DNA of 64,000 nucleotides from Actinomycetota bacterium (lineage in GTDB: Bacteria; Actinomycetota; Actinomycetes; Nanopelagicales; Nanopelagicaceae). Location of the stretch: assembly GCA_016870795.1 (NCBI GenBank), contig VGAJ01000003.1:13236-77235 (forward strand), given 5' to 3'. The first letter of the stretch is position 1; every line of letters starts with the position of its first letter. This document shows positions 49,959 to 58,933 of this stretch, piece after piece. Below the pieces are notes generated by a model. It made no database searches. It saw nothing but the letters and a program-made list of their open reading frames with translations, and was not told the origin of the DNA. Position numbers and translations under genes: made by a program.

Positions 49959-50465
49959 ATGGGCGAGAGAGCAAGTGATGAAGATCTATCTACGATAGAG
50001 ATTCAATTAGGCAGAGTGCCAAGAGATGTTCATAGCATCGCTTATCGCTGTGCCTGCTCTCATCCAGCTGTAGTTGAAACTAACCCACGTCTTTCAGATG
50101 GAACGCCATTTCCAACCTTCTATTACGCCACCTGCCCCAATCTCACTGCTGCTATCTCAACTCTAGAAAACTCTTCCCTGATGGAGGAGATGAATGAGCG
50201 CTTAGCAATCGATGCCGAACTATCTGGTCAATATCGAGCAGCCCATGATGATTATTTGGCAGCAAGAGCTGCCCTTGGTATCGATGTTCCAGAAATTGTT
50301 GATATCTCAGCAGGCGGTATGCCAGATCGTGTTAAGTGTTTGCATTCGCTAATTGCTCATAGCTTGGCAGCAGGAGAGGGAGTAAATCCCTTAGGCGATG
50401 AAGCCCTCGCATTACTTCCAAAGTGGTGGCTAAATGGAAATTGCTTAGAACGGCGCGATCAGTGA
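49959..50465 (+). CDS. DUF501 domain protein
   Basis: 168 aa. The YYATCPNLT-type motif and the position between ftsB and ppx match the conserved actinobacterial DUF501 gene. Assigned from memory. Confidence 0.7.
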   Translation: MGERASDEDLSTIEIQLGRVPRDVHSIAYRCACSHPAVVETNPRLSDGTPFPTFYYATCPNLTAAISTLENSSLMEEMNERLAIDAELSGQYRAAHDDYLAARAALGIDVPEIVDISAGGMPDRVKCLHSLIAHSLAAGEGVNPLGDEALALLPKWWLNGNCLERRDQ

Positions 50466-51376
50466 GTCGAGTAGCTGCAATTGATTGTGGGACAAATTCT
50501 ATTCGTCTGCTGATTGCAGATGTTTCAGGAAGCAATCTACGTGAGATTTATCGAGGAATGGAGATTGTCCGCCTTGGACAAGGAGTAGATAAGAACAAAT
50601 CTTTTAATCCCGATGCAATAGATAGGACTCTAAAAGCTACGAAGTCATTTGCAGATGAGATTAGAAGGCGCGGCGTTGAGGTAATTAGGTTCTGTGCTAC
50701 AAGTGCCACAAGAGATGCATCAAATAGAGATCTCTTCATCGATGGCGTAAAAGCAATACTTGGAATTGAACCTGAGGTCATTAGCGGCGAACAAGAAGCT
50801 GAGCTCTCCTTTATCGGGGCAACCCATCAACTAAATCAAATGGGCGCTCCCTATTTAGTAGTAGATATTGGTGGAGGCTCAACTGAATTTGTCTATGGAC
50901 AGGACGCAGTTGAGGCGTCGGTGAGTGAAAATATTGGCTGCGTGAGAATGAGCGAGCGTCACTTAAATATCTCCCCGCCTAGTAAAGCTGCGATTGATTT
51001 GGCAATTACTGATATTGATAGCGCAATAAAAAATGCTGCTGCAAAAGTTCCAATCGCAAGTGCTAGGACATTAGTAGCTGTTGCAGGAACAGCAACTACT
51101 GTTGCAGCTGCAGCACTTGGCCTTGAAAGCTACGACCGCGACATAATTCATCTCTCTCGAATCAGCGCAGAAAAGACTCATCAAGCCTGTCAGAGCTTTC
51201 TCGCACTTGAAAGATCTGAGATTGCATCACTTGGCTATATGCACCCAGGACGAGTTGATGTAATTGCTGCAGGATCTTTAGTGCTTTCAAGAATTATGGC
51301 ACTTAGTGGGGCAAGTGAATTTGTTGCCTCAGAGAGCGACATTTTAGATGGAATGGCTCTTCTTCTTGCGAAGTAA
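50462..51376 (+). CDS. ppx: Ppx/GppA-family exopolyphosphatase
   Basis: GTG at 50462 forms a GTGA overlap with the DUF501 stop. Motifs VAAIDCGTNSIRLL and VVDIGGGSTEF (ASKHA fold). Confidence 0.88.
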   Translation: MSRVAAIDCGTNSIRLLIADVSGSNLREIYRGMEIVRLGQGVDKNKSFNPDAIDRTLKATKSFADEIRRRGVEVIRFCATSATRDASNRDLFIDGVKAILGIEPEVISGEQEAELSFIGATHQLNQMGAPYLVVDIGGGSTEFVYGQDAVEASVSENIGCVRMSERHLNISPPSKAAIDLAITDIDSAIKNAAAKVPIASARTLVAVAGTATTVAAAALGLESYDRDIIHLSRISAEKTHQACQSFLALERSEIASLGYMHPGRVDVIAAGSLVLSRIMALSGASEFVASESDILDGMALLLAK

Positions 51377-52136
51377 ACCCAGAGTTATAGCCAAGGACAT
51401 TAAGAGCTTAATAGTTCTTGATAAAGAAATTATCAAATGTAGCGCCTGCCCAAGGCTGACCTCTTGGCGCGAAGAGGTGGCGATTACTAAGCGCGCTGCA
51501 TATCGCAATGAAGATTATTGGGGAAAACCAGTTACTGGATTTGGTCCAAGTGATTCCAAATTATTAATTATCGGACTTGCCCCTGGTGCTCATGGGGCAA
51601 ATAGAACTGGAAGAGTCTTTACTGGAGATTCTTCAGGAGATTGGCTCTATAGATCACTTCATAAAAATGGTTTAGCAAAGATTTCAACTTCGCTATCAAG
51701 TAATGATGGGCAAGAGTTATTTGAAACTCGTATCACCTGCGCGCTTCGCTGCGCTCCACCAGGAAATAAGCCAACAACAATTGAGCAGCAAACCTGTAAG
51801 AGCTGGCTTGAGGCAGAGATGAAACTACTTATGCCAACTCTGCGCGTCTTTCTGCCACTGGGTCAGATTGCCTGGAAGGCAACGATCGATGCCTTGCTCG
51901 CGATAGGTGAAGAATTGCCGAGAAAACGCCCAAAGTTTGGCCATGGGGCTAGTTTCAACTTTCTTGGTCGCGACGGGAATACTAGATTGGTCATCGGTAG
52001 TTATCACCCTAGCCAGCAGAATACTTTCACGGGAAAGCTCACGCGCTCCCAACTGGATTCGGTGGTAAAAAAGGCAGGTAGATTTGCCCACGCGGAAGTG
52101 GCCCCTGTAGCCCAACGGCAGAGGCAGACGACTTAA
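51348..52136 (+). CDS. udgB: uracil-DNA glycosylase, family 5 (UdgB-like)
   Basis: Motifs CSACPRL, GLAPGAHGANRTGRVFTGD and SYHPSQQN. The last 12 codons and the stop lie inside the downstream tRNA gene. The start is uncertain (ATG 51348 or TTG 51366). Confidence 0.8.
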   Translation: MEWLFFLRSKPRVIAKDIKSLIVLDKEIIKCSACPRLTSWREEVAITKRAAYRNEDYWGKPVTGFGPSDSKLLIIGLAPGAHGANRTGRVFTGDSSGDWLYRSLHKNGLAKISTSLSSNDGQELFETRITCALRCAPPGNKPTTIEQQTCKSWLEAEMKLLMPTLRVFLPLGQIAWKATIDALLAIGEELPRKRPKFGHGASFNFLGRDGNTRLVIGSYHPSQQNTFTGKLTRSQLDSVVKKAGRFAHAEVAPVAQRQRQTT

Positions 52137-52173
52137 AATCGTCCAAGTGTGGGTTCGACCCCCACCGGGGGCA
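52101..52173 (+). tRNA. tRNA with anticodon TAA (Leu by anticodon) but a class I (5-nt) variable loop
   Basis: The manual cloverleaf is acceptor GCCCCTG/CGGGGGC (one G-T pair), a 3-bp D stem GCC/GGC with loop containing AACGGCAGA, anticodon arm GACGA-CTTAAAA-TCGTC, variable CAAGT and T arm GTGGG-TTCGACC-CCCAC, with discriminator A. 73 nt. Confidence 0.7.
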
Positions 52174-52225
52174 CGCATTAAGAAAAAAGTTCATAATGGG
52201 TAGCTAGGACTACAAAAGGAGAGAG

Positions 52226-53020
52226 ATGAATAGTTCCAACCCAGTACTTGGTAAGGCATTTGGCGAGAAGGGCCGTAGAGGTTATGCCGCTATGGATAAC
52301 TTCCCGCAAGATAATCTAGAGCAGAGCTTTAACGCTCCTGCTGCTTCATCACTTCGCACTGGTCGCATGACCATGGATGATGTTGTTGCAAGAAGCGGGA
52401 TGCTTTTTGGAACCTCAGCACTTGTTGGCGCAGCTGCTTGGTATTTCAATCTTGGTGGCGGCTTACTTCTTCTTGGTTTTATCGGTGGATTAGTAACGGC
52501 CATGATTGGAATTTTTAGTAAGACGATTCGTCCTGGAGTTTATTTAGCTTATGCAGTCTGCCAAGGTTTAGTTCTTGGAATAATTAGTAAAACCTATGAA
52601 CTCTTCTATCCTGGAATTGTTCAGCAAGCAATCGTTGCAACTGCTGCAGCATTTATTGGAATGCTTACTCTTTATAAGAGTGGACGCCTTCGCGTAACCC
52701 CTAAATTCACCAGAATGCTTCTTGGCGCTGCGATTGGTTATCTAGTTCTAGCACTTGGAAGCTTAATTGGATCATTCTTTGGACTTGGCGGCGGAGCAGG
52801 TCTATATGGTCTCAGCGGCTTTGGACCATTACTTGCTGTGGCAGGAGTTGGCATTGCATCCTTCTTCTTAATTCTTGACTTTGATCAAATCGAAGAGGGT
52901 GTAAGAGCTGGAGTGCCACAAGAGGAATCGTGGCGAGCTGGCTTTGGGCTATTGATGACTATGGTCTGGCTATATCTAGAGGTATTGCGCTTGATTTCCA
53001 TACTTCGCGGAAATGATTAA
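52226..53020 (+). CDS. Bax inhibitor-1/YccA family membrane protein
   Basis: 264 aa. A polar N-terminus (~60 aa) is followed by about seven hydrophobic spans. AAAGGAGAG lies before the ATG. The family call is by overall pattern. Confidence 0.7.
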   Translation: MNSSNPVLGKAFGEKGRRGYAAMDNFPQDNLEQSFNAPAASSLRTGRMTMDDVVARSGMLFGTSALVGAAAWYFNLGGGLLLLGFIGGLVTAMIGIFSKTIRPGVYLAYAVCQGLVLGIISKTYELFYPGIVQQAIVATAAAFIGMLTLYKSGRLRVTPKFTRMLLGAAIGYLVLALGSLIGSFFGLGGGAGLYGLSGFGPLLAVAGVGIASFFLILDFDQIEEGVRAGVPQEESWRAGFGLLMTMVWLYLEVLRLISILRGND

Positions 53021-54241
53021 TTAGACCTCATTCATAGGAGGTTTCCTAGAATCCCCGAGATGGGCTGAATTTGTCTCGGGGATTTTTAGCGCCACCATAA
53101 TTGCAAGTGAAAATACTGCAGCACTTACACCTATTGCTGTTCGATAAGAAAAAGCATCAGAGATAAAGCCAAGTAATACTGGCCCAACCATCATTCCGGC
53201 ATCTCCTGCCATCTGCCAGAAGGCATAGACCTTTCCACTCTTTCCTTTGATTACATCGCCAACAATTGCGCCAGCAGATGCAGCAAAGCCAGCGCCAAGA
53301 CCCATAACAATCATTGCAATTAGATAGACCGTCACATTATTTGCAAGAAAGAGGATTCCAAGCGATGCCATTACGATAGAAAATCCAGTAAGGATGACTG
53401 GCTTTCGTCCGTTCTTATCTGAGTGCTTTCCAGCTCTAACCATCACTGAACCCTGAGCAATTAGCGCTACTGTAAAACTCAAACCCACAAGCGAAGGACT
53501 TGCTTTGAGATCTTCCACAACAAAAAGTGGCAAGATAGATGAGCGCATACCAAAGAGAATCCAGCTTCCAAGAAATGCTAGAAATAGTGAGTAGAGATAA
53601 GGTCTAATTGCCAGAGCTTCTTTAATTGTTAGTGCGCGCTCCTGGCTACTTTGTTCAACTTTTGCGCCCAATCTGCTTTCGTGAAGAAATATTAATGAAA
53701 CAGTTCCTGCCGCAATTAAAAGACCAGAGTAGATGAAAAATGGCGCTCTAGGAGAGAGCGCAATTAAAGCTCCACCAAATGCGGGGCCCGCCACACCTCC
53801 GGCAATAAAACCGCCGTTATAAAGTGATTGGGCTTGGCCTCTCTGATTATCTGAAACCACTCGAAGAATCAAGGCGCCAGCTGAAACTGAGAACATCGAT
53901 GATCCAAGGCCGCCTGCAGTTCGAAATATCAACAACTGCTCATAGTTTTGAGCAAGTCCTGAAATTAAAGTAAATATTGAAACCATAAAGAGGCCAAGAC
54001 CAAGCACTAATCGCTCTCCAAATCGGTCGACTAATTTTCCTGCAAATAGGCTAGATACAAATCTCATAATGGCAAAGGCAGAGATGATAAATCCAATTAA
54101 AGTGTTTGAAACACCAAATGATTTAGCAAAGATCGGAATAGCAGGGATTATTAACCCAAAGCCAACAGCTACAAGAAAGGAAATTGAGGTTAATACCGCT
54201 ACTTCTTTAGGCAGGTCCTTGAAGGGTGATTTGAATTTAAT
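53021..54241 (-). CDS. MFS transporter; the upstream boundary has no canonical start codon
   Basis: The track ORF starts at ATG 54067, inside the GKLVDRFGERL loop between TM2 and TM3. The same frame stays open 60 codons further (stop at 54248-54250). It encodes KFKSPFKDLPKEVAVLTSISFLVAVGFGLIIPAIPIFAKSFGVSNTLIGFIISAFAI (TM1 and TM2) with no ATG/GTG/TTG. ATT at 54241 or CTG at 54214 are candidate starts. Confidence 0.65.
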   Translation of the reverse strand: MKFKSPFKDLPKEVAVLTSISFLVAVGFGLIIPAIPIFAKSFGVSNTLIGFIISAFAIMRFVSSLFAGKLVDRFGERLVLGLGLFMVSIFTLISGLAQNYEQLLIFRTAGGLGSSMFSVSAGALILRVVSDNQRGQAQSLYNGGFIAGGVAGPAFGGALIALSPRAPFFIYSGLLIAAGTVSLIFLHESRLGAKVEQSSQERALTIKEALAIRPYLYSLFLAFLGSWILFGMRSSILPLFVVEDLKASPSLVGLSFTVALIAQGSVMVRAGKHSDKNGRKPVILTGFSIVMASLGILFLANNVTVYLIAMIVMGLGAGFAASAGAIVGDVIKGKSGKVYAFWQMAGDAGMMVGPVLLGFISDAFSYRTAIGVSAAVFSLAIMVALKIPETNSAHLGDSRKPPMNEV

Positions 54242-54263
54242 TTTAAGTCAAGCCTTTCTGGCG

Positions 54264-55301
54264 ATGCGCAATTGGCAAGAGAGAGCGAAGATTACTACTA
54301 TCGGGCAGGTGAAGGCAGTTATTGCAGAGAATCTAATCAAAACCTACGACAAGGGCAAAGTAAGAGCTCTTGATGGCCTTAGTCTTGATGTCGAAGAGGG
54401 AACAGTTCTTGGAGTTCTTGGTCCAAATGGAGCTGGAAAAACAACCACGGTTCGAATTTTAGCAACGCTTATAACTCCAGATTCAGGAAGAGCTACCGTT
54501 GCCGGCATTGATGTAATTAAAGATCCAGGCAAAGTACGTGAGGTAATTGGGTTATCAGGTCAATATGCAGCAGTGGATGAAACGTTAACTGGCTGGGATA
54601 ACTTAACGATGTTTAGTCGCCTTTATCATCTCTCACCTTCAGCATCAAAGAAGCGTGCAGGTGAATTACTTGAGCAGTTCTCACTAACCGATGCTGCCAA
54701 ACGCCCAATTAAAACTTACTCAGGTGGAATGAGAAGAAGACTAGATCTTGCTGCTTCTCTAATCGTTAAACCAAAAATTCTATTTCTTGATGAACCAACA
54801 ACTGGCCTTGATCCCAGAGGGCGAATTGAAATGTGGGAGGTAATTCAAGGCCTAGTCAAAGATGGCACCACCTTGCTTCTTACCACCCAATACTTGGAAG
54901 AGGCTGATCAGCTAGCAGATGAGATTGCAGTTATCGATCATGGAAAAGTTATTGCCAGAGGAACTTCAGATCAATTAAAGAAGGAAGTTGGTGGAGAGCG
55001 CCTGGAGATTGTGGCTGAGGCAAAAGATTTACAGCAAGTGGCAGAAATTGTTGGCAAAGTCAGCGGTGGAAAAGTAGTAGTAGAGGAAGGCTCCCGCCAA
55101 GTCTCAGCCCCCGTTACTACTGGATCTAGAGCTTTAATTGAAGCAGTTCGCTCGCTTGATGATTTAGGAATTCACCCTCTAGATATTGCGCTTAAGAGAC
55201 CATCACTTGATGATGTCTTTATTGCACTGACTGGCCATGTAGCGGAAGAGAAGAAATCTGAAGAGTTAGAAGCAGCACAAAAGAGAGGCAGGAGAAAGTG
55301 A
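54264..55301 (+). CDS. ABC transporter ATP-binding protein (DrrA/ABC-2 type)
   Basis: Walker A GPNGAGKTT, signature YSGGMRRRL and Walker B LFLDEPTTGLD. The first 65 codons of the track ORF (54069-54263) are antisense to the MFS N-terminus and are discarded. The start is ATG 54264 or GTG 54309. Confidence 0.85.
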   Translation: MRNWQERAKITTIGQVKAVIAENLIKTYDKGKVRALDGLSLDVEEGTVLGVLGPNGAGKTTTVRILATLITPDSGRATVAGIDVIKDPGKVREVIGLSGQYAAVDETLTGWDNLTMFSRLYHLSPSASKKRAGELLEQFSLTDAAKRPIKTYSGGMRRRLDLAASLIVKPKILFLDEPTTGLDPRGRIEMWEVIQGLVKDGTTLLLTTQYLEEADQLADEIAVIDHGKVIARGTSDQLKKEVGGERLEIVAEAKDLQQVAEIVGKVSGGKVVVEEGSRQVSAPVTTGSRALIEAVRSLDDLGIHPLDIALKRPSLDDVFIALTGHVAEEKKSEELEAAQKRGRRK

Positions 55302-56101
55302 TTAAGTACGCAGTCTCAGATTCACTAATTATCACCAAGCGCCAACTCCTGCAATTAATTCGAGTTCCTGAAGTCTTGATTTTCTCAACTATTCAACCAG
55401 TAATGTTTGTTTTGTTATTTAGATATGTTTTTGGTGGCTCCATCTCAACTGGAATTCCTGGGGTGGATTATGTACAACTACTTATGCCTGGAATCTTCGT
55501 TCAAACAGTTGCTTTTACCCTGGCAGGAACTGCAGTTGGTCTTGCTGAAGATATGCAGAAAGGTTTAATTGATCGTTTTAGATCACTCCCAATCTCAAGA
55601 TCTGCTGTTGTCTTTGGGAGAACTCTTGGTGATGGCGCACTCAACATTGTGGTGTTGGCAGTTATGGGGCTTGCTGGATATGCCGTTGGGTGGCGTCCAT
55701 CTTCTGGACTCTTCAACGTTTTACTTGGCTTTGCATTCCTTCTGCTATTTGGTTTTGCCATGGCTTGGGTTGGGGTCTTAATTGGCCTTTCAGTTCGCTC
55801 AGCTCGAGTTGCCAATGCTGCAGTCTTTATTGCCGTCTTTCCACTTACCTTCCTTTCAAATGCTTTTGCTCCAACTACTGGAATGCCAAAAGCGCTGCAG
55901 TACTTTGCGGAATGGAACCCAGTTTCAACAATGGTTGCTGGATGTAGGGAGTTATTTGGGCTACAGAATATCTTTGGCGTTACTGCCAATTCTTGGCCTA
56001 GCCAGAATCCTTTGGAAATGTCCTTGATTTATATGGTGATTATTATGGCTATCTTCATTCCTTTAAGTGTTCGTAAATACATTAACACTGCCTCAAAGTA
56101 A
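55298..56101 (+). CDS. ABC-2 type transporter permease
   Basis: 267 aa with six hydrophobic spans. GTGA overlap with the ATPase gene. Confidence 0.82.
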   Translation: MIKYAVSDSLIITKRQLLQLIRVPEVLIFSTIQPVMFVLLFRYVFGGSISTGIPGVDYVQLLMPGIFVQTVAFTLAGTAVGLAEDMQKGLIDRFRSLPISRSAVVFGRTLGDGALNIVVLAVMGLAGYAVGWRPSSGLFNVLLGFAFLLLFGFAMAWVGVLIGLSVRSARVANAAVFIAVFPLTFLSNAFAPTTGMPKALQYFAEWNPVSTMVAGCRELFGLQNIFGVTANSWPSQNPLEMSLIYMVIIMAIFIPLSVRKYINTASK

Positions 56102-56575
56102 TTAGGTGTAGACCTCTGCCTTTAAGATTTTTACTGAGATCGTTTTCCCATTTGGCGCGTTATAGGCTTTAGTATCTCCAATCTTTGCTCCCATCACTGC
56201 CGCTCCCAGCGGAGACTTCTCGCTATAGACATCCAAATCACCAGAGGAAATCTCTCTTGAGCCAAGTAGGAATTCCATTTCATCGCCCATGATTTCAACA
56301 GTGACTCTCATGCCAGGTGAGATCAAACCATCTGCGTTATTTGGCGCAGTTCCAATCTCTGCATTTTCTAGCATGTGTTTTAGTTGTCGGATGCGTGCTT
56401 CAATCTTTCCCTGCTCCTCACGAGCTGCGTGATAGCCACCATTTTCTTTCAAATCACCTTCAGATCTTGCTGATTCAATCTTCTTAATAATCTCTGAGCG
56501 TCCAGTTGTTTCAAGGCTTGCAAGCTCGGCAGATAAACGATCTGCAGCTTCTTGGGTCAACCAACTCTTACTCAT
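56102..56575 (-). CDS. greA: transcription elongation factor GreA
   Basis: 157 aa, with WLTQEAADRL, ENGGYHAAREEQ and the C-terminal FKBP-like SPLGAAVMGAKIGD. Confidence 0.92.
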   Translation of the reverse strand: MSKSWLTQEAADRLSAELASLETTGRSEIIKKIESARSEGDLKENGGYHAAREEQGKIEARIRQLKHMLENAEIGTAPNNADGLISPGMRVTVEIMGDEMEFLLGSREISSGDLDVYSEKSPLGAAVMGAKIGDTKAYNAPNGKTISVKILKAEVYT

Positions 56576-56587
56576 AAGGAGATGAGG

Positions 56588-57004
56588 TTACTTACCTTTT
56601 AGATCTATTGCATCACATTTAAGAACTGAGGCATTAACCGCCCTTAACCGGGTGGGAATAGTGTCATCTCGCTTGAGGGAGCCTTGGCTTGAACTAGGGA
56701 TTGCTACCTCAACTTCTCCAACCACATTCTTATCAAAATCCCGGGCAATCAAAGTGCAATTCAAGGCAAGAGATGGATCTCGCCTTTGAATCAAATAGGT
56801 GATATCGATTGAATTATCTTGCTCATTTTGAAAACTTATTAAAGTAACCCGAATCTGTGGATTTGAGTGATGCCAGGCGCTCCATATCAACCAAGGAAGA
56901 GCTGTCAGCAGAAGCAGCGCTGCGATATAGCGCCAGGTATTTGAGCCCTTTTTCCCATAGCGCTGGGCAAGAAACTCTTCGTTGCTGCCTATCTGCTGAC
57001 TCAT
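56588..57004 (-). CDS. DUF4307-like single-pass membrane protein
   Basis: Starting at the ATG at 57004 gives MSQQIGSNEEFLAQRYGKK..., one TM (YIAALLLLTALPWLIWSAW) and a beta-rich domain. Its position directly upstream of greA matches mycobacteria. The track ORF extends to a TTG at 57058. Confidence 0.65.
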   Translation of the reverse strand: MSQQIGSNEEFLAQRYGKKGSNTWRYIAALLLLTALPWLIWSAWHHSNPQIRVTLISFQNEQDNSIDITYLIQRRDPSLALNCTLIARDFDKNVVGEVEVAIPSSSQGSLKRDDTIPTRLRAVNASVLKCDAIDLKGK

Positions 57005-57145
57005 GGGAGAATGATTACATGGAAGCAACAGTTTATGACGCCGGGATTGCAGGCTCAATGACGATGATATTTCTAACTCTTGCCACAGTTTTCTTGCTTA
57101 GAAGTTTCTATAAACGCTGGAAAAGGATGGATCAGCGTCGCCTAA

Positions 57146-57859
57146 ATGATGAAAATAAGTAAGAGGGAGTTGCCGAGCAAAGTTGGCGCAGCTTTTATAG
57201 TTCTTATTCTCTGTGCAACTTTTATAAGACTTGGCTTTTGGCAATTAGATCGGGCAGGGGAGTTTCAAGAACTCCAAAAGCCCTATATCGAAAGACCAAT
57301 AATCAACCTATCGCAGGTAGCAACACCTGGTGAGAATCTAAGTGATGACTCAATTAATCAAATAGTTGCCTTCAGTGGAAGATATCTTGAGCAATACATG
57401 GCCCCTAACCAAGAAGATAAATCTGGAGTTAAATCAGAATGGGTTGTTGGTCTATTAGAAGTGGATTCAGGTGGAGCGATATTGGTAGTTCGAAGTATTT
57501 CCAATGCAGAACTTCCCAGTGGCAGAGTTGAAATTACCGGACGGCTCTTTAATAGACAATTTGATGATCGAGCGGAGAAGGCTTCATCGAAGTTGAGCAG
57601 AATTGATCCTGCGCTATTGGTCTCAAGCTATGAGCAAAAACTCTTCGATGGATTTGTTCTAGCGCAAAGTGAGAAAATTAACGGGGTAGAAATTGATTTA
57701 AAGCGCCCAGAGCTTGATCCAGCAAAGCCAAGTGTGCCTGGCTATTACTGGCAACATATCTCCTATGTCGTTATTTGGTGGCTTATGGCATTGGTAGTAC
57801 TTTTTCTACCCTTCTATCAAGTATCACGAAAGAGGCAGGGCTATGAACGGAGTAATTAA
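57146..57859 (+). CDS. SURF1-family cytochrome oxidase biogenesis protein
   Basis: N-terminal TM followed by RLGFWQLDRA, plus a C-terminal TM. 237 aa. Confidence 0.82.
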   Translation: MMKISKRELPSKVGAAFIVLILCATFIRLGFWQLDRAGEFQELQKPYIERPIINLSQVATPGENLSDDSINQIVAFSGRYLEQYMAPNQEDKSGVKSEWVVGLLEVDSGGAILVVRSISNAELPSGRVEITGRLFNRQFDDRAEKASSKLSRIDPALLVSSYEQKLFDGFVLAQSEKINGVEIDLKRPELDPAKPSVPGYYWQHISYVVIWWLMALVVLFLPFYQVSRKRQGYERSN

Positions 57860-58148
57860 GAGATACCGCTTCATGGCGGTAGCAGCGGGAATCATGTCGC
57901 TTCTGCTCTGGTTTGTTGAGCTTCCAGTGGTCTATCTCCTTGATAATCCAGATTTAGAGTCAAAAGTTAAGTGGATTCCCTTTGTCCATGGCTATATCTA
58001 TGCCTTCTATGTCCTTGCAGCTATTCACTTCACCGCAAGGGCTCGCTTTACGATCAAGCGAATGATTTTATTTATCTTGGCAGGAACCCTTCCAATAGCT
58101 TCATTTATTGCTGAGCGGCGAGTTATGAGGCAATTTCCCCTCTCATGA
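57843..58148 (+). CDS. DUF3817-like small integral membrane protein
   Basis: 101 aa with three to four hydrophobic spans. It overlaps SURF1 by 17 nt and shares an ATGA with the next gene. The family name is from memory. Confidence 0.6.
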   Translation: MNGVIKRYRFMAVAAGIMSLLLWFVELPVVYLLDNPDLESKVKWIPFVHGYIYAFYVLAAIHFTARARFTIKRMILFILAGTLPIASFIAERRVMRQFPLS

Positions 58149-58933
58149 GAGCTAAAACTTTAATCAAGTCAGCGCTCTATCCCCTCTATGAAAAGCGCTT
58201 ACTTGCAAAGCTTGATCTAAGTAGGACCCCGCGCCATATTGCTGTGATTTTAGATGGCAATAGAAGATGGGCAAAAGAAAATCCCTCACTTAATGGTGAC
58301 ACCTCATCAGCCCATGGCCATAGAGCTGGGGCGAGCAAGATTATTGAGCTACTCACCTGGTGTGAGCAGACTGAAATAGATGTAGTGACGCTATGGCTGC
58401 TATCAAGTGATAATTTAAATCGAAGCCCCCAAGAGCTAGATTCTTTGATGCAGATTATTGGATCAAGCGTTGAGTCCCTTGGCGATACTGGCAGATGGAG
58501 TATCAAGGTTTTGGGCTCGCTTGAACTACTTCCTGAAAAACTTGCAGAACAGCTAAAGGCAATTGAGCAAAAGAGCGCAGGAATATCTGGCCTAAAAGTT
58601 AATGTGGCAATTGGCTATGGCGGAAGACTTGAGATCGTCGATGCGATTAAGAGCTATCTGGATTCAGCAAAGAGTTCTGGAAAAGATTTAACGCAGATAA
58701 GAGATGAATTAACGGTGAACTCACTAGATCAATATCTCTACACCGCAGGGCAACCAGATCCTGAGTTAGTGATTAGAACATCTGGGGAGCAAAGACTTGG
58801 CGGGTTTCTCCTTTGGCAGAGCCATCAATCTGAATTTTATTTCTGTGAGGCTTACTGGCCAGATTTTCGCCGGGTAGATTTTCTTCGAGCACTTCGCGCC
58901 TATTCGATGAGAGAGCGACGCCTCGGCAGGTAG
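58145..58933 (+). CDS. uppS: cis-prenyltransferase (UppS family isoprenyl transferase)
   Basis: Motifs PRHIAVILDGNRRWA and VIRTSGEQRLGGFLLWQ. 262 aa. It could be the short-chain Z-prenyl diphosphate synthase paralogue rather than the C55 enzyme. Confidence 0.85.
   Translation: MRAKTLIKSALYPLYEKRLLAKLDLSRTPRHIAVILDGNRRWAKENPSLNGDTSSAHGHRAGASKIIELLTWCEQTEIDVVTLWLLSSDNLNRSPQELDSLMQIIGSSVESLGDTGRWSIKVLGSLELLPEKLAEQLKAIEQKSAGISGLKVNVAIGYGGRLEIVDAIKSYLDSAKSSGKDLTQIRDELTVNSLDQYLYTAGQPDPELVIRTSGEQRLGGFLLWQSHQSEFYFCEAYWPDFRRVDFLRALRAYSMRERRLGR

Noticed and set aside
56857-57162. 101-aa plus-strand track ORF overlapping DUF4307.
   Set aside because: Its first two thirds are antisense to the DUF4307 gene. 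Only the last 34 codons (57058-57162) are free-standing, and these are reported separately as a low-confidence micro-ORF.
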